A stretch of 64,000 bases of DNA from Candidatus Magasanikiibacteriota bacterium (GCA_016182085.1 JACOYB010000007.1:6381-70380), one strand, 5' to 3'; positions 50,527 through 60,236 are shown, counted from the first letter of the stretch. Made by a program: numbers and translations. The notes: generated by a model from the letters alone, not told the origin.

Positions 50527-51145
50527 GCCGGGCTACCTGTTCAAGAGCTCCCGCTTCTTCAAATAAATGAGTGGCGCCCGGAATTACACTAAGTTCTTTT
50601 TTACAGGAAAGCAACTCCAACGCTTGGCGATTCAGCTCCAAAACATCCTCATCCGCTCCACCCACAATAAGCAAAGTGGGGGCGTGCACGCGCGGCAAAA
50701 AATCGCCGGCCATGTCGGGTCGTCCGCCGCGTGAAACCACGGCAAAAATATTATCGGGAAATTTAGCCGCCGCCTGCAGAGCCGCGGCTGCTCCGGTGCT
50801 GGCTCCAAAATAACCTATTGGCTGTGAAGAAAGTTCGGGTTGATTTTTAACCCAATTAGCGGCATCAATTAGGCGGTTCGCTAAAAAATCAATGTTAAAT
50901 ACCAGCGCCCGGTTATTTGCGCTCTCTTCTTCATCCGTTAAAAGATCAAAGAGAAAAGTAGCAAAATTTATTTTTTCTAAAGCGGCGGCTACCAGCCTGT
51001 TTCGCGGACTAAGACGGCTGCTGCCGCTGCCATGAGCAAAAAGAATTAAACCGCGCGCGTTGGACGGACAAGCAACCGTTCCCGGAAGGTTTTTTCCGTC
51101 CGCGGTGAGAATATTTGCGGAATAATTGCGAAATGAATTTGGCAT
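50483..51145 (-). CDS. Alpha/beta hydrolase (dienelactone-hydrolase-like)
   Basis: Nucleophile elbow GYFGASTGAAAAL (GxSxG). About 220 aa. Confidence 0.6.
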   Translation of the reverse strand: MPNSFRNYSANILTADGKNLPGTVACPSNARGLILFAHGSGSSRLSPRNRLVAAALEKINFATFLFDLLTDEEESANNRALVFNIDFLANRLIDAANWVKNQPELSSQPIGYFGASTGAAAALQAAAKFPDNIFAVVSRGGRPDMAGDFLPRVHAPTLLIVGGADEDVLELNRQALELLSCKKELSVIPGATHLFEEAGALEQVARLARQWFINNLPPHD

Positions 51146-51147
51146 AC

Positions 51148-52038
51148 TTATTCAACAGTCAAATAATCGCTTAATAGTGAATTTAAAGAAACAATTTTTA
51201 TTTTTTTACTTTTTTGTGTCATAGCCGAGGGCAGGGAATTGGTGGTATAAATTTTTCTTACTCCTAATTTCCAAAGTTGGTTCCATTTAGCGCCGGTAAA
51301 TACTCCGTGGGTGACGGCGATTATAATTTCCTCGGCTCCGGCGCGGCGCGCGGCTTGGCAAGCGGCAATTAGCGTGCCGCCCGTATCCAAAATATCATCA
51401 TGAATAAGAATTCGCGGTCCGCGTAATTTGCCGATAATACCCGAGACAGATACGCCTTCCGGTCCGCGCGTTTTCCGGCAATAAACAATCTGGTCAGTAA
51501 AATTTAAAGCTTTACCCAACTCGCCGCAACGCTCTAGCGCGCCTTCATCCGGGGCCAAAATGGAATCAAATTTAATTTTATCTTTTAAAATAGCCGAAGC
51601 AAACAAAACGTTGCTTTTTAAAAAAATAACGGGCGTTTTAAGCAAGGGAACGCTTCGTGGATTATGCAAATCAACGGTTATAATTTTGTCTATTCCCGAG
51701 GCGGCCAGCAGATTGCCCATCCAAGCCAGTCCCAGACTTTCCATCTCGTCGGCTTTGTCCTGTCGGCCATAGCCTAAGTATGGAACCACCGCAATTACTT
51801 CACGCGCGCCCTCTTTTTTTAAAGTGTGGCTAAGCAGGAGCAATTTAAGCAAATTTTCATCCGGAGGAGCAAAAGTGCCGAGAGCATAGCATTTTTGGCC
51901 GTCAACTTTATTTTTTACGGTTAAAAACAATTCGTTATTAGAAAACCGCCGCATTTTAAAGATGCCGATTTCAAGTTTGGGAGCGCGCAGAAGCGGACGA
52001 GCGAGGTAATTGAATTTTTCCAATGAAAATAACAACAT
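51148..52038 (-). CDS. prs: Ribose-phosphate pyrophosphokinase
   Basis: PRPP-binding loop HDDILDTGGTLIAAC. N-terminal …KMRRFSNNELFLTV… aligns with Prs KRFSDGEI. Confidence 0.85.
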   Translation of the reverse strand: MLLFSLEKFNYLARPLLRAPKLEIGIFKMRRFSNNELFLTVKNKVDGQKCYALGTFAPPDENLLKLLLLSHTLKKEGAREVIAVVPYLGYGRQDKADEMESLGLAWMGNLLAASGIDKIITVDLHNPRSVPLLKTPVIFLKSNVLFASAILKDKIKFDSILAPDEGALERCGELGKALNFTDQIVYCRKTRGPEGVSVSGIIGKLRGPRILIHDDILDTGGTLIAACQAARRAGAEEIIIAVTHGVFTGAKWNQLWKLGVRKIYTTNSLPSAMTQKSKKIKIVSLNSLLSDYLTVE

Positions 52039-52041
52039 ATA

Positions 52042-52794
52042 TTAAAATTTCTTGTCTGTTATTTCATTTAGCAGTTTAACAACCTCTCCATCTTCAATCT
52101 GGGGAAAATTTTCGTAGTAATTTCCCACGGCTCCCGCGTAAATTACCGGCGCGTGCAGTAGGACCAGTTTATCCACAGAAGCTTCAATTTGTTTGGCCGT
52201 ATCGGCCGGTGCCACCGGAACGGCTACAATAATTTTTTTTGGATTTAAATGTTTTAATTCATCAATACCCAAACGAATGGTCAGGCCGGTGGCAATGCCG
52301 TCATCAACCAGAATAGCCGTTTTTCCGGTCACGTCGGGAATTTTTAAACCCGAATGATAAGTTTCCCGCCGTCGTTTGGCTTCCCCCCGCTGTTTTTGCT
52401 TGGCATTCACAAACCACTGATTTTCCACTCCCGCCCGCTCTACCTCATTACATAATTCGTGGCCATCTTCAGCCACGGCGCAAATTGCATATTCCGGCTG
52501 AGTAGGATGGCCAATTTTTCTGGTAACAATAATATCCAGCGGCAGTTTTAATGCTTTGGCGATTTCATAGCCCAACGCGACACCGCCTCGCGGTAAAGCA
52601 TAGACCACGGTTTCCTTATCTATTAGCGGAGCAAGCGCGCGGGCAAGTTTTTTCCCCGCGTCGTAACGATCTTTAAATTTCATAAAGCTAAAAAAACATA
52701 GCAATATCAGTATAGCATTTATCAATTTTTTTGTTAACAATTTACCCACTCCATGTTTCCAAAAATTGCTTATTTGTGTTATAATAAACGTCAA
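52042..52794 (-). CDS. Type I phosphoribosyltransferase-family protein (N-terminal extension of the ORF may be spurious)
   Basis: PRPP motif AILVDDGIATGLT. Confidence 0.65.
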   Translation of the reverse strand: MTFIITQISNFWKHGVGKLLTKKLINAILILLCFFSFMKFKDRYDAGKKLARALAPLIDKETVVYALPRGGVALGYEIAKALKLPLDIIVTRKIGHPTQPEYAICAVAEDGHELCNEVERAGVENQWFVNAKQKQRGEAKRRRETYHSGLKIPDVTGKTAILVDDGIATGLTIRLGIDELKHLNPKKIIVAVPVAPADTAKQIEASVDKLVLLHAPVIYAGAVGNYYENFPQIEDGEVVKLLNEITDKKF

Positions 52795-52799
52795 CTAGT

Positions 52800-53207
52800 T
52801 TGATTTATTTTAATGAAATTATGAAGGAAAAATATTTGGAGTGGGTTTTGCGCGTAGCCGTGGCCGGAGAGTTCCTTGGGCACGGAGTCTTCGCTCTACA
52901 AGGCAAGCCGCAGTGGGTTGGCTGGTTTGCAAAATTAGGAGTGACAGATGCGGCTTTAGCGACTAAATTACTGTTCGCTCTTGGTGTTTTGGATATTATC
53001 CTCGCCTTACTAGTACTCATTAAACCCATACGCCCGTTACTTTTATTGATGACCTTTTGGGGTTTCTTTACCGCCCTGCTCCGCCCCCTAGTTGGCGAAT
53101 CATTTTGGGATTTTATTGAACGCTGGGCAAACTGGGGCGCGCCGCTTACCCTATATTTTTTATTGGGAATGAAAAAAAATAGTATTAAGATTGACGGTAG
53201 AAATTAG
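52800..53207 (+). CDS. Small four-helix membrane protein (DoxX-like?)
   Basis: Four hydrophobic helices in 135 aa. Confidence 0.45.
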   Translation: MIYFNEIMKEKYLEWVLRVAVAGEFLGHGVFALQGKPQWVGWFAKLGVTDAALATKLLFALGVLDIILALLVLIKPIRPLLLLMTFWGFFTALLRPLVGESFWDFIERWANWGAPLTLYFLLGMKKNSIKIDGRN

Positions 53208-53214
53208 GTAGTTA

Positions 53215-53279
53215 GGTAATTTGATATTTGGATTTAGGATTTGATTTGAAATTGGAAATTTGGATTTTGAAATTATAAT
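53215..53279 (+). promoter_or_regulatory. AT-rich degenerate tandem repeat tract (TTGAAATTGGAAATTTGGATTTTGAAATT) immediately upstream of the PEP synthase gene
   Basis: ggatttaggatttgatttgaaattggaaatttggattttgaaatt. UP-element-like or binding-site array; no clear -10/-35 resolved. Confidence 0.3.
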
Positions 53280-56200
53280 ATGTACATCTCCTGGTTTAAA
53301 GACCTCACCATCAAAGACATTCCCTCCGTGGGCGGAAAAAACGCTTCATTGGGAGAAATGTACGCGAAATTAAAATCTAAAGGAATTCCGGTGCCAAACG
53401 GTTTTGCGTTAACAGCCGACGTGTACTGGTCTTTTTTGCGTGAAAATAAATTGGATAAAAAAATCAAGGAAACATTAAAGGGTTTAGATAAGAAAGACAT
53501 CAACGAATTAAAAAGAGTGGGCGATAAGGTGCGTAAAATGATTTTGGCCGCCACATTTCCCAAAGACATAGAAAAAGATATCAGAAATGCTTACAAGCAA
53601 CTTTGTAAAACAAGTAAAAAAGGCCGCGTTTCAAAGGACGGTACGCGGCATGATTCCGTTGAATCAAATAATGTAGACGTGGCCGTACGTTCTAGCGCCA
53701 CGGCCGAGGATTTGCCCGATGCCAGTTTTGCGGGCCAGCAGGAAACTTATTTAAATGTTCGCGGCGAAGAAGAATTAATGATAGCCAGCAAAAAATGTAT
53801 TGCGTCATTATTTACCGACCGAGCTATTTCCTACCGCGAAGACAAGGGCTATGAACACACGGCCATTGCCTTATCCGTGGGCGTGCAAGAAATGGTGCGT
53901 TCCGACGTTGGCGCCAGCGGGGTAATGTTTACCTTAGACACCGAATCCGGTTTTAGGGGCGTGGTTTTAATCAATGCGGCTTATGGGCTGGGAGAATACG
54001 TTGTAAAAGGCCAAGTTATTCCGGATCAATTTTATATTTTTAAAGACGGTTTAAAAAACGGTTTTAAATCTATTATCAGCAAGCGTTTAGGAAGCAAAGA
54101 AGTAAAATTGGTGTATAACAAAGTAGGCACAAAGCAAGAAAAAGTAAAAATGCCGGATCAAAAAAAGTATTGCTTAACCGACGACGAAGTTTTGCAATTG
54201 GCCAAGTGGGGCGTAATTATAGAAGAACATTATGGCCACCCCATGGATATGGAATGGGCTAAAGACGGTCTTACCGGTCAGTTGTTTATCGTGCAGGCTC
54301 GTTCCGAAACCGTTCGTTCAAAAATAGTAAATGTTATTGAGCAATACCAGCTTAAGCAAAAAGAAAAAGGCAAAGTTTTACTTACAGGAACCAGTGTTGG
54401 GCAAAAAATCGGCCAGGGGCGCGCCAGAGTTATCAATTCTCCTAAGCAAATGAAGCAGTTTAAGCCGGGTGAAGTGCTGGTTACCAGAATCACCGATCCG
54501 GATTGGGAACCCATTATGCGTATGGCCAGCGCGATTGTAACAGAGCAGGGCGGCAAAACTTCGCATGCGGCCATTGTCAGCCGTGAACTGGGAACGCCGG
54601 CGATTGTTGGCGCGGCCAAAGCCAGGCAGATTATAAAAAATGGCCAGGAAATTACGGTGTCGTGCGCCGAAGGCGAAGCCGGTTATGTGTATAAAGGACT
54701 TTTGCCATTTGAAGTTACAAAAACAGAAATAAAATCCGTCCCAAACACTCGCACCAAAATCATGATGAACGTGGGCGACCCAAGTAGCGCTTTTTCACTT
54801 TCGGCTCTGCCAAATGACGGTGTGGGTCTGGCCAGAGAAGAATTTATCTTCACTAATTTTGTAAAAATTCATCCGCTCGCATTAGTTAATTATAAAGATC
54901 AGCCCAAAGAAGTAAAAATAAAAATAGATGAACTCACCGTTGGTTATAAAGATAAATCCAAATATTGCGTAGACAAACTTGCCGAAGGCATTGCTTTTAT
55001 CACCTCCGCGTTTTCTCCGAGCGATGTTATTGTTCGTTTGTCTGATTTCAAAACCAACGAGTATGCCACTCTTATCGGCGGAGGCCAATACGAACCAAAA
55101 GAAGAAAATCCCATGATCGGTTGGCGCGGCGCTTCTCGTTATTATGATGAAAAATTCAAACCTGGCTTTAAATTGGAATGTGAAGCCATAAAAAAAGTGC
55201 GTAATGAGTGGGGGATGAAGAACTTGATTGTGATGGTGCCATTTTGCCGTACGATAGAAGAAGGAAAAAAAGTTTTGGCAACCATGAAAGAGTTTGGCCT
55301 AGAGCGAGGCAAAGACGGCTTACAAGTATATGTAATGTGTGAAATTCCGGCCAATGTCATTTTAGCCAAAGAATTTTGCGAGATTTTTGATGGGTTTAGT
55401 ATTGGCTCCAATGATTTAACCCAATTAACGCTTGGTGTGGATCGCGATTCGGCTTTGGTAAGTCATGTGTACGACGAGAAAAACGAAGCGGTAAAAACAT
55501 TAATCAGGCAGGTAATAAAAGTAGCTCATGAAAATAAAAGAAAAGTTGGTATTTGCGGACAAGCGCCAAGCGACTATCCGGAATTTGCCGAATTTTTGGT
55601 GCAGGAGGGGATAGATAGTATTTCGCTTAATCCGGATACGGTTTTAAAGACTCGCGAGCGTATTGCGGCTATGGAGAAAAAAGTGGCTGCCAAACCGGCC
55701 AGCAGATTTAAGGTGGGCGTGGCTTCCAAAATGCTTCTGATCTTTGGCGTTTTGGGGCTGGCTACCAGTTTGGGAGGGTATACGTGCCAGAGCAACAGCG
55801 TTAACCGGATTTCCGCTCCGGAAATGCAAGTTGAAATTGCCAACCAAGTAGCTTTGGCAAAATCCAATTTGAAAAAAGAATTGATTAAAGAATTTGAAGA
55901 AAAACAGGCGCAACAGACATCAGAATATCAAGAAAATAGTTTTGTTAAATTTACTATTAAATACCCTTCAGCATGGTCGGTATTTCATATGGAAGATAGT
56001 ATATCTTTTTATGCGGGAAAAGAATCGTTGCCGCAGGGATATTTTAATATTTTTAAACAAAGTGCGTCGTTGTCAGAGCAACACGATCCTATTCCAGAAA
56101 AAAATAAAACAACCTCAACCTTTTTTGGTTACTCGGCTAAAGTATATGATTTTATAAATCCTGAAGCTGTTTTTAATGGCGCAGCTACAACAGGTACCCC

Positions 56201-56324
56201 TATCAGCGTTATAGAAATATATCCGCAAGGCTATAAAAAATCAAAAAGCATTATTAAAATTTCAGGAAATAAGGAACAGTTTAACAATATTTTAACGAGT
56301 ATAGTTGATTTTAAAATAAAATAA
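53280..56324 (+). CDS. ppsA: Phosphoenolpyruvate synthase (pyruvate, water dikinase)-like enzyme with an unusual ~220-aa C-terminal extension containing a TM helix
   Basis: N-terminus MYISWFKDLTIKDIPSVGGKNASLGEMY. Phospho-His domain GGKTSHAAIVSRELGTPAIVG. PEP-utilising C-domain. Then MLLIFGVLGLATSLGG helix and an extra domain up to 1014 aa. Confidence 0.85.
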   Translation: MYISWFKDLTIKDIPSVGGKNASLGEMYAKLKSKGIPVPNGFALTADVYWSFLRENKLDKKIKETLKGLDKKDINELKRVGDKVRKMILAATFPKDIEKDIRNAYKQLCKTSKKGRVSKDGTRHDSVESNNVDVAVRSSATAEDLPDASFAGQQETYLNVRGEEELMIASKKCIASLFTDRAISYREDKGYEHTAIALSVGVQEMVRSDVGASGVMFTLDTESGFRGVVLINAAYGLGEYVVKGQVIPDQFYIFKDGLKNGFKSIISKRLGSKEVKLVYNKVGTKQEKVKMPDQKKYCLTDDEVLQLAKWGVIIEEHYGHPMDMEWAKDGLTGQLFIVQARSETVRSKIVNVIEQYQLKQKEKGKVLLTGTSVGQKIGQGRARVINSPKQMKQFKPGEVLVTRITDPDWEPIMRMASAIVTEQGGKTSHAAIVSRELGTPAIVGAAKARQIIKNGQEITVSCAEGEAGYVYKGLLPFEVTKTEIKSVPNTRTKIMMNVGDPSSAFSLSALPNDGVGLAREEFIFTNFVKIHPLALVNYKDQPKEVKIKIDELTVGYKDKSKYCVDKLAEGIAFITSAFSPSDVIVRLSDFKTNEYATLIGGGQYEPKEENPMIGWRGASRYYDEKFKPGFKLECEAIKKVRNEWGMKNLIVMVPFCRTIEEGKKVLATMKEFGLERGKDGLQVYVMCEIPANVILAKEFCEIFDGFSIGSNDLTQLTLGVDRDSALVSHVYDEKNEAVKTLIRQVIKVAHENKRKVGICGQAPSDYPEFAEFLVQEGIDSISLNPDTVLKTRERIAAMEKKVAAKPASRFKVGVASKMLLIFGVLGLATSLGGYTCQSNSVNRISAPEMQVEIANQVALAKSNLKKELIKEFEEKQAQQTSEYQENSFVKFTIKYPSAWSVFHMEDSISFYAGKESLPQGYFNIFKQSASLSEQHDPIPEKNKTTSTFFGYSAKVYDFINPEAVFNGAATTGTPISVIEIYPQGYKKSKSIIKISGNKEQFNNILTSIVDFKIK

Positions 56325-56334
56325 TCAAAATAAA

Positions 56335-56362
56335 AATACCCCGGCTTAGTCGGGGTATTTTT
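56335..56362. terminator. Bidirectional rho-independent terminator
   Basis: aaaataccccg-gcttagtc-ggggtattttt. Confidence 0.6.
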
Positions 56363-56364
56363 AT

Positions 56365-56961
56365 TTAAGTTTTTTGTTTTCCGTACAAGATTTCGTCTAT
56401 AATTTCCTTTGCTTTTTTTATACGAGTGCGCGCTGTCGGATATGGAATATTAAGTTCTTTAGCAATGTCCACAGGTCGCTTTCCTTGAGTAACTAACTCC
56501 ATTACAGCGCGATATAAAGGGGGCAGTTTTGCTATATCTGATTTTAAATTTTTTATTTCTTCTTCTCTAATATCTAGAGCCTCTTGCTCTATTAGTTTTT
56601 GCTCTGCGATTGGTTCTTCGTCCTTTGTTTCTTGATATTCAGGCGCCGCATCAACAAATCCTTTACGGCGTTTCATAGTATCATGTCTCAGAATGCCTAT
56701 TATGAGGCGTTCTACTATTGTATATAGCCATGTTTTTAAATTTGATTGATATTTAAACTGCCCCTTTTCAATCTCTTGGTTGGCTTTAAGCATTGCATTT
56801 TGCGCCACTTCTTCAGCGTCTGCATTAGAAATTTTATTGTTTATATTTTTGGCAATACTTATAATATAATTTCGAGTTTTGTCTGAGTTTAACTCAGCTA
56901 AAGTCGCTTCTTTTTTATTATTTAACTGAGCCTCTGGCGGCGTAAATGTGATTTCTGGCAT
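56365..56961 (-). CDS. ECF-type (sigma-70 family) RNA polymerase sigma factor
   Basis: Region 2 LKTWLYTIVERLIIGILRHDTMKRRKG. Region 4 HTH LPPLYRAVMELVTQGKRPVDIAKELNIPYPTARTRIKKAKEII. Confidence 0.75.
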   Translation of the reverse strand: MPEITFTPPEAQLNNKKEATLAELNSDKTRNYIISIAKNINNKISNADAEEVAQNAMLKANQEIEKGQFKYQSNLKTWLYTIVERLIIGILRHDTMKRRKGFVDAAPEYQETKDEEPIAEQKLIEQEALDIREEEIKNLKSDIAKLPPLYRAVMELVTQGKRPVDIAKELNIPYPTARTRIKKAKEIIDEILYGKQKT

Positions 56962-57018
56962 ATATTAATTATATCTTAACAGTATAAGCATATAATAAAA
57001 AATATATTATGTAAACAA

Positions 57019-57093
57019 AAAACCCGTTCGCTATTCCTCCTGATTTATTTCCAGTTTTTGGGAACAAATCAGGTGTTGCGAACGGGTTTTTTC
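57019..57093. terminator. Long nested hairpin / bidirectional terminator
   Basis: aaaaaacccgttcgc…cctgatttattt…aacaaatcagg…gcgaacgggtttttt. Confidence 0.5.
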
Positions 57094-57108
57094 GCTTGGC
57101 ACCTTAGC

Positions 57109-57615
57109 TTACGAAATCACTTCGCAGATACTCGCCGGTAGAAGCATCGTACCAACAACTTCGGTAGAACTGCCCATGTAGTGCGAGCAAGCGTGAGGGC
57201 TGTGAAGCGCCAAGGCCATCAGAGCATAGGTCCTACTGAGACAGAAACAGCTCAGAAAAGGATCAAACGCGCTTGCCACCACCTCAATTTCCACTCCGAT
57301 CCACGCTTCACGGATTCCAGGCGGATCTTCTCCTGGCAGGGCGGTTACGACCTTGACTTTCTTCACTTCCGAGCAGTTGTTTTTGGACAGATAGATGGGA
57401 GAAGCACCCCACCCGAAAGTGTCCTTCCAGTGGTTGAAGACTCCGGCGGGCCTCTGTTTACCAATAGCATCCAAGAAGTCACGGCGTGCTACGATAAAGC
57501 AGTTGTCATCCTCTTGGGCCCAGAGGATCATGCCCACCAAAGAATTACACATGTCCTTGGTACAATCCCGATCTTGGGGATGGGGAGCCACGGTAATGCA
57601 AATTGCTTTGTGCAT
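57109..57615 (-). CDS. GC-rich hypothetical protein (169 aa; start MHKAICITV preceded by AAGGAGA SD)
   Basis: Strong SD gtaaggagagttgtcATG. Codon GC well above the backbone. No motif recognised. Confidence 0.5.
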   Translation of the reverse strand: MHKAICITVAPHPQDRDCTKDMCNSLVGMILWAQEDDNCFIVARRDFLDAIGKQRPAGVFNHWKDTFGWGASPIYLSKNNCSEVKKVKVVTALPGEDPPGIREAWIGVEIEVVASAFDPFLSCFCLSRTYALMALALHSPHACSHYMGSSTEVVGTMLLPASICEVIS

Positions 57616-57755
57616 GACAACTCTCCTTACAGCTGAAGTTGTAGTTAGTATAGATAGCCTATGCATTTTTGACAAGGTGTAGTTATGGCTAATTATTCAA
57701 GCTAAGCTTAAAGTTGACATATTGTTATTTTTTTTGTATACTTTTTCTACAATTT

Positions 57756-57829
57756 GGGTCGGTAGTTCAACTGGTTAGAGCACTGCCCTGTCACGGCAGA
57801 AGTTGCGGGTTCGAGTCCCGTCCGACCCG
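57756..57829 (+). tRNA. tRNA-Asp (anticodon GUC)
   Basis: Acceptor GGGTCGG/CCGACCC, D arm GTTC-AACTGGTTA-GAGC, anticodon stem CTGCC/GGCAG with loop CTGTCAC, T arm GCGGG-TTCGAGT-CCCGT, discriminator G. Confidence 0.85.
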
Positions 57830-57832
57830 CGA

Positions 57833-57860
57833 AAAAAGAAGGCGAAAGCCTTCTTTTTGC
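57833..57860 (+). terminator. Rho-independent terminator after tRNA-Asp
   Basis: aaaaagaaggc-gaaa-gccttcttttt. Confidence 0.55.
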
Positions 57861-57996
57861 GTGGGCGGAAGCGAGCAAATAGTTTTGCTCACGTCGGGGC
57901 GAGAACGCCGGAGCGATGTCGCACGACGCAGGTGGGCGAGTGCGACCGCGAGGAGGTGGCTAACCCGAACGAATGGAAGTGAGTGAGAGGTGAAGC

Positions 57997-58015
57997 CGAG
58001 TCCCGTCCGACCCGC
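57997..58015 (+). repeat. 19-nt direct repeat of the tRNA-Asp 3' end (cgagtcccgtccgacccgc), att-site-like
   Basis: Exact copy of 57812-57830, about 165 bp downstream. The intervening DNA is GC-rich and non-coding. Confidence 0.6.
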
Positions 58016-58116
58016 TCACAAAAACGTGGCTTATCCTAGCTACTTTTTGTTGCCCCTGCCTGGTGTGGTGTAGAACTTTATGATAAAGTATTGGGGGGAT
58101 TTATAAACTTGATTAT

Positions 58117-58374
58117 ATGAAGAACATTCGTCGTGGTTTGGACATACTTACCGAAGAAGCTCGATCGCGTTGCATTAAAGAAATTATCGGATATTTTCAA
58201 GATGAGCGGAACGAAACTATAGGGATAATTGCCGCTGAGGATGTGTTGGATTTTTTCTTACAAAATATAGCACCCGATGTTTATAATAAAGCTGTTGAAG
58301 ACACAAAGACCCTTCTCAAGAAACAATTGGAAGGATTAGATTTTGAACTTGATTTGTTAAAGAAACAAAAATAA
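58117..58374 (+). CDS. DUF2164-like small protein
   Basis: 85 aa. …IGIIAAEDVLDFFLQNIAPDVYNKAVEDTK… resembles the DUF2164 family as I recall it. AT-rich, host-like codon usage. Confidence 0.5.
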   Translation: MKNIRRGLDILTEEARSRCIKEIIGYFQDERNETIGIIAAEDVLDFFLQNIAPDVYNKAVEDTKTLLKKQLEGLDFELDLLKKQK

Positions 58375-58491
58375 CTGACCGCCAATAAAAACAGCTACAC
58401 CTTAAGTAGTTGTTTTTAAATATATTTATATATTGACTTTTTACTATTTTGATAGTAGAGTTTCGGCTAGTTTCCCAGAGAGGGGGTTTCA

Positions 58492-58827
58492 ATGTCGGAA
58501 ATTGAAGGGCTCATTGAGTCTTTTATGAAAGATGTGCGGACTAGCGCTTTGTCAGTGATGGCGGTAAGCATCAACTCAAAAGATGTGGAGAAGTTGTGCG
58601 AAAAGCCACGCCTGGCTTTCCCCAGTATTCTTCAGCGCTTTGAAAGGCTGAAGCCCGCAGCTAACGGAATAGGGCTTCGTATTGAAGAAGGTCATGTAGT
58701 GTTGCTGCGTCGGTTGGGAGCATGCCTCGGCGCTGCTGTGCCAGGTTATGGACTCAAGGAGCGAGGAAAGTGGCTCGGTTGGGCTCGCCAAATCCTTCAG
58801 CATATAACCCCTCGCCCCAAGAAGTAA
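58492..58827 (+). CDS. GC-rich hypothetical protein (111 aa)
   Basis: SD gagggggtttcaATG. No motif. Confidence 0.45.
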   Translation: MSEIEGLIESFMKDVRTSALSVMAVSINSKDVEKLCEKPRLAFPSILQRFERLKPAANGIGLRIEEGHVVLLRRLGACLGAAVPGYGLKERGKWLGWARQILQHITPRPKK

Positions 58828-58989
58828 GTGCTCGGATCTCGTGTGAGGGCGAGCAAAGAAAGTCACCACCACACCAATTATATTTGCACTCAGTGAAAGT
58901 ATGATTGGTTGGTGGCTTTTTTGTTTTCTTTAACCTTTGACAAAATTGTTAAAAAATGGTACCTATGTAATTAGTAAAGGAGGTTTGCA

Positions 58990-59307
58990 ATGAAAATTTT
59001 CGTTCGGCGTTGTCCGACTTTTGGCAACATTGCCTCTGGAATTCTGGATGTGCTGCGCGGTATGTGCCTCGAAGCTGATGAGCGTTCGATCATTCCCGCT
59101 CCGGAAGACAGCATCTGCAATGTGGATGCTGCTGGCGATGGCGGGTACATGGTGTCTGGCGAGGAGATGTTCAACGTGTTGTATGGCGACCGTGAGGCGG
59201 ACGATTTGATGTGGGAGCTTGCCAGGAGATTCGGTCAGTGGCGCAAGCGTATGTTTGTCTTCCATTTCGATGACGTTGCAACGCTGCCACTGCTGCCTCC
59301 CGAGTAG
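58990..59307 (+). CDS. GC-rich acidic hypothetical protein (105 aa)
   Basis: Canonical SD aaaggaggtttgcaATG. Followed by a palindromic site and a terminator (59430-59459). Confidence 0.5.
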   Translation: MKIFVRRCPTFGNIASGILDVLRGMCLEADERSIIPAPEDSICNVDAAGDGGYMVSGEEMFNVLYGDREADDLMWELARRFGQWRKRMFVFHFDDVATLPLLPPE

Positions 59308-59584
59308 ACATCAACCAGGTGCTACGGCAGAACAAAATCCTGTTCGCAACACCTGATTTGTTTCTGAAATATTCAGAACCAGGTCAGGGAGGATAGCGAG
59401 CAGGATTTTTGTTTTAGAAATAAAAAATAAGACAGCCGCTGGGCCGTCTTATTTTTGGTTACATTATAAATTTTTTGTGAATAGACACACAACGCCGAAC
59501 AAATGTCCCTTCAATTTAGTCTACACGGTACAGGTGTATGAAATTACACCCGTATTTAGGTTAAAAATATCATTTAAAAATGCG

Positions 59585-59609
59585 AAGACCCTCGAGTTTC
59601 GAGGGTCTT
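59585..59609 (-). terminator. Perfect-palindrome rho-independent terminator for the minus-strand gene 59652-60170
   Basis: aagaccctcgag-t-ttcgagggtctt, with a T-run on the minus strand. Confidence 0.6.
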
Positions 59610-59651
59610 GCTGTTCATGTGGCCGCGTGGCGGCCGGTAGAGAAGTTGTGG

Positions 59652-60170
59652 CTAGATGCTCAGTCCGGTCGGACTTGTGTCGTTGGGACTGGAACGGTTG
59701 TGTCCGGCGGGTTTGTAGTGAGGTCGGAGGTCGCGTCCGTTGGGCTTGTTGACTTGCGGCGAGCACATGCACATGGGCAGCGGAGTGGCCTGCGGTTCTT
59801 GTTGCATGATGAGCTTGTCCGGGTCATCCAGGTTCACGTAGCCGCGCGCGACAGGTGTGCCGCGCCAGGAACAAGATCCACCCTGGCTACAAATGCGGGC
59901 CTTGTAGATGATCATGGCCTCGCAGATGATACCGGACTCGGTGCAAGAGCAGTTGTTGTTCCGTACCGTCTGCAGGCCCTCCTCCGAGATCAGGAAGCCA
60001 GTAGGAGCGTTGTCCTGTTTGGGTACCGTCGGCTGGTTGACGACGCTCGTCGCCAGGGGGCTGTTGCTGTTGAAGCAGTAGCGGTAGCCGAAGATCAGAC
60101 CCAGAACCAGGAGCATGCAGATCGCGAGACCGCGAGTACTCAGACCGGGACTTGCCAGTTTTTTCTCCAT
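59652..60170 (-). CDS. GC-rich membrane-anchored Cys-rich secreted protein (172 aa)
   Basis: SD gagggggaaaaacagtcATG. N-terminal TM LAICMLLVLGLIFGY. Twelve Cys (CSCTESGIICEAM…CSQGGSCSW…CMCSP). Confidence 0.5.
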   Translation of the reverse strand: MEKKLASPGLSTRGLAICMLLVLGLIFGYRYCFNSNSPLATSVVNQPTVPKQDNAPTGFLISEEGLQTVRNNNCSCTESGIICEAMIIYKARICSQGGSCSWRGTPVARGYVNLDDPDKLIMQQEPQATPLPMCMCSPQVNKPNGRDLRPHYKPAGHNRSSPNDTSPTGLSI

Positions 60171-60236
60171 GACTGTTTTTCCCCCTCATTACCCACTTGT
60201 GGCGGGGTAGTTGCCAGCGCATGGAAACCCTCACTC

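Noticed and set aside
57714-57986. 90-aa ORF overlapping tRNA-Asp
   Set aside because: It runs straight through a well-formed tRNA and its terminator, so it is spurious.
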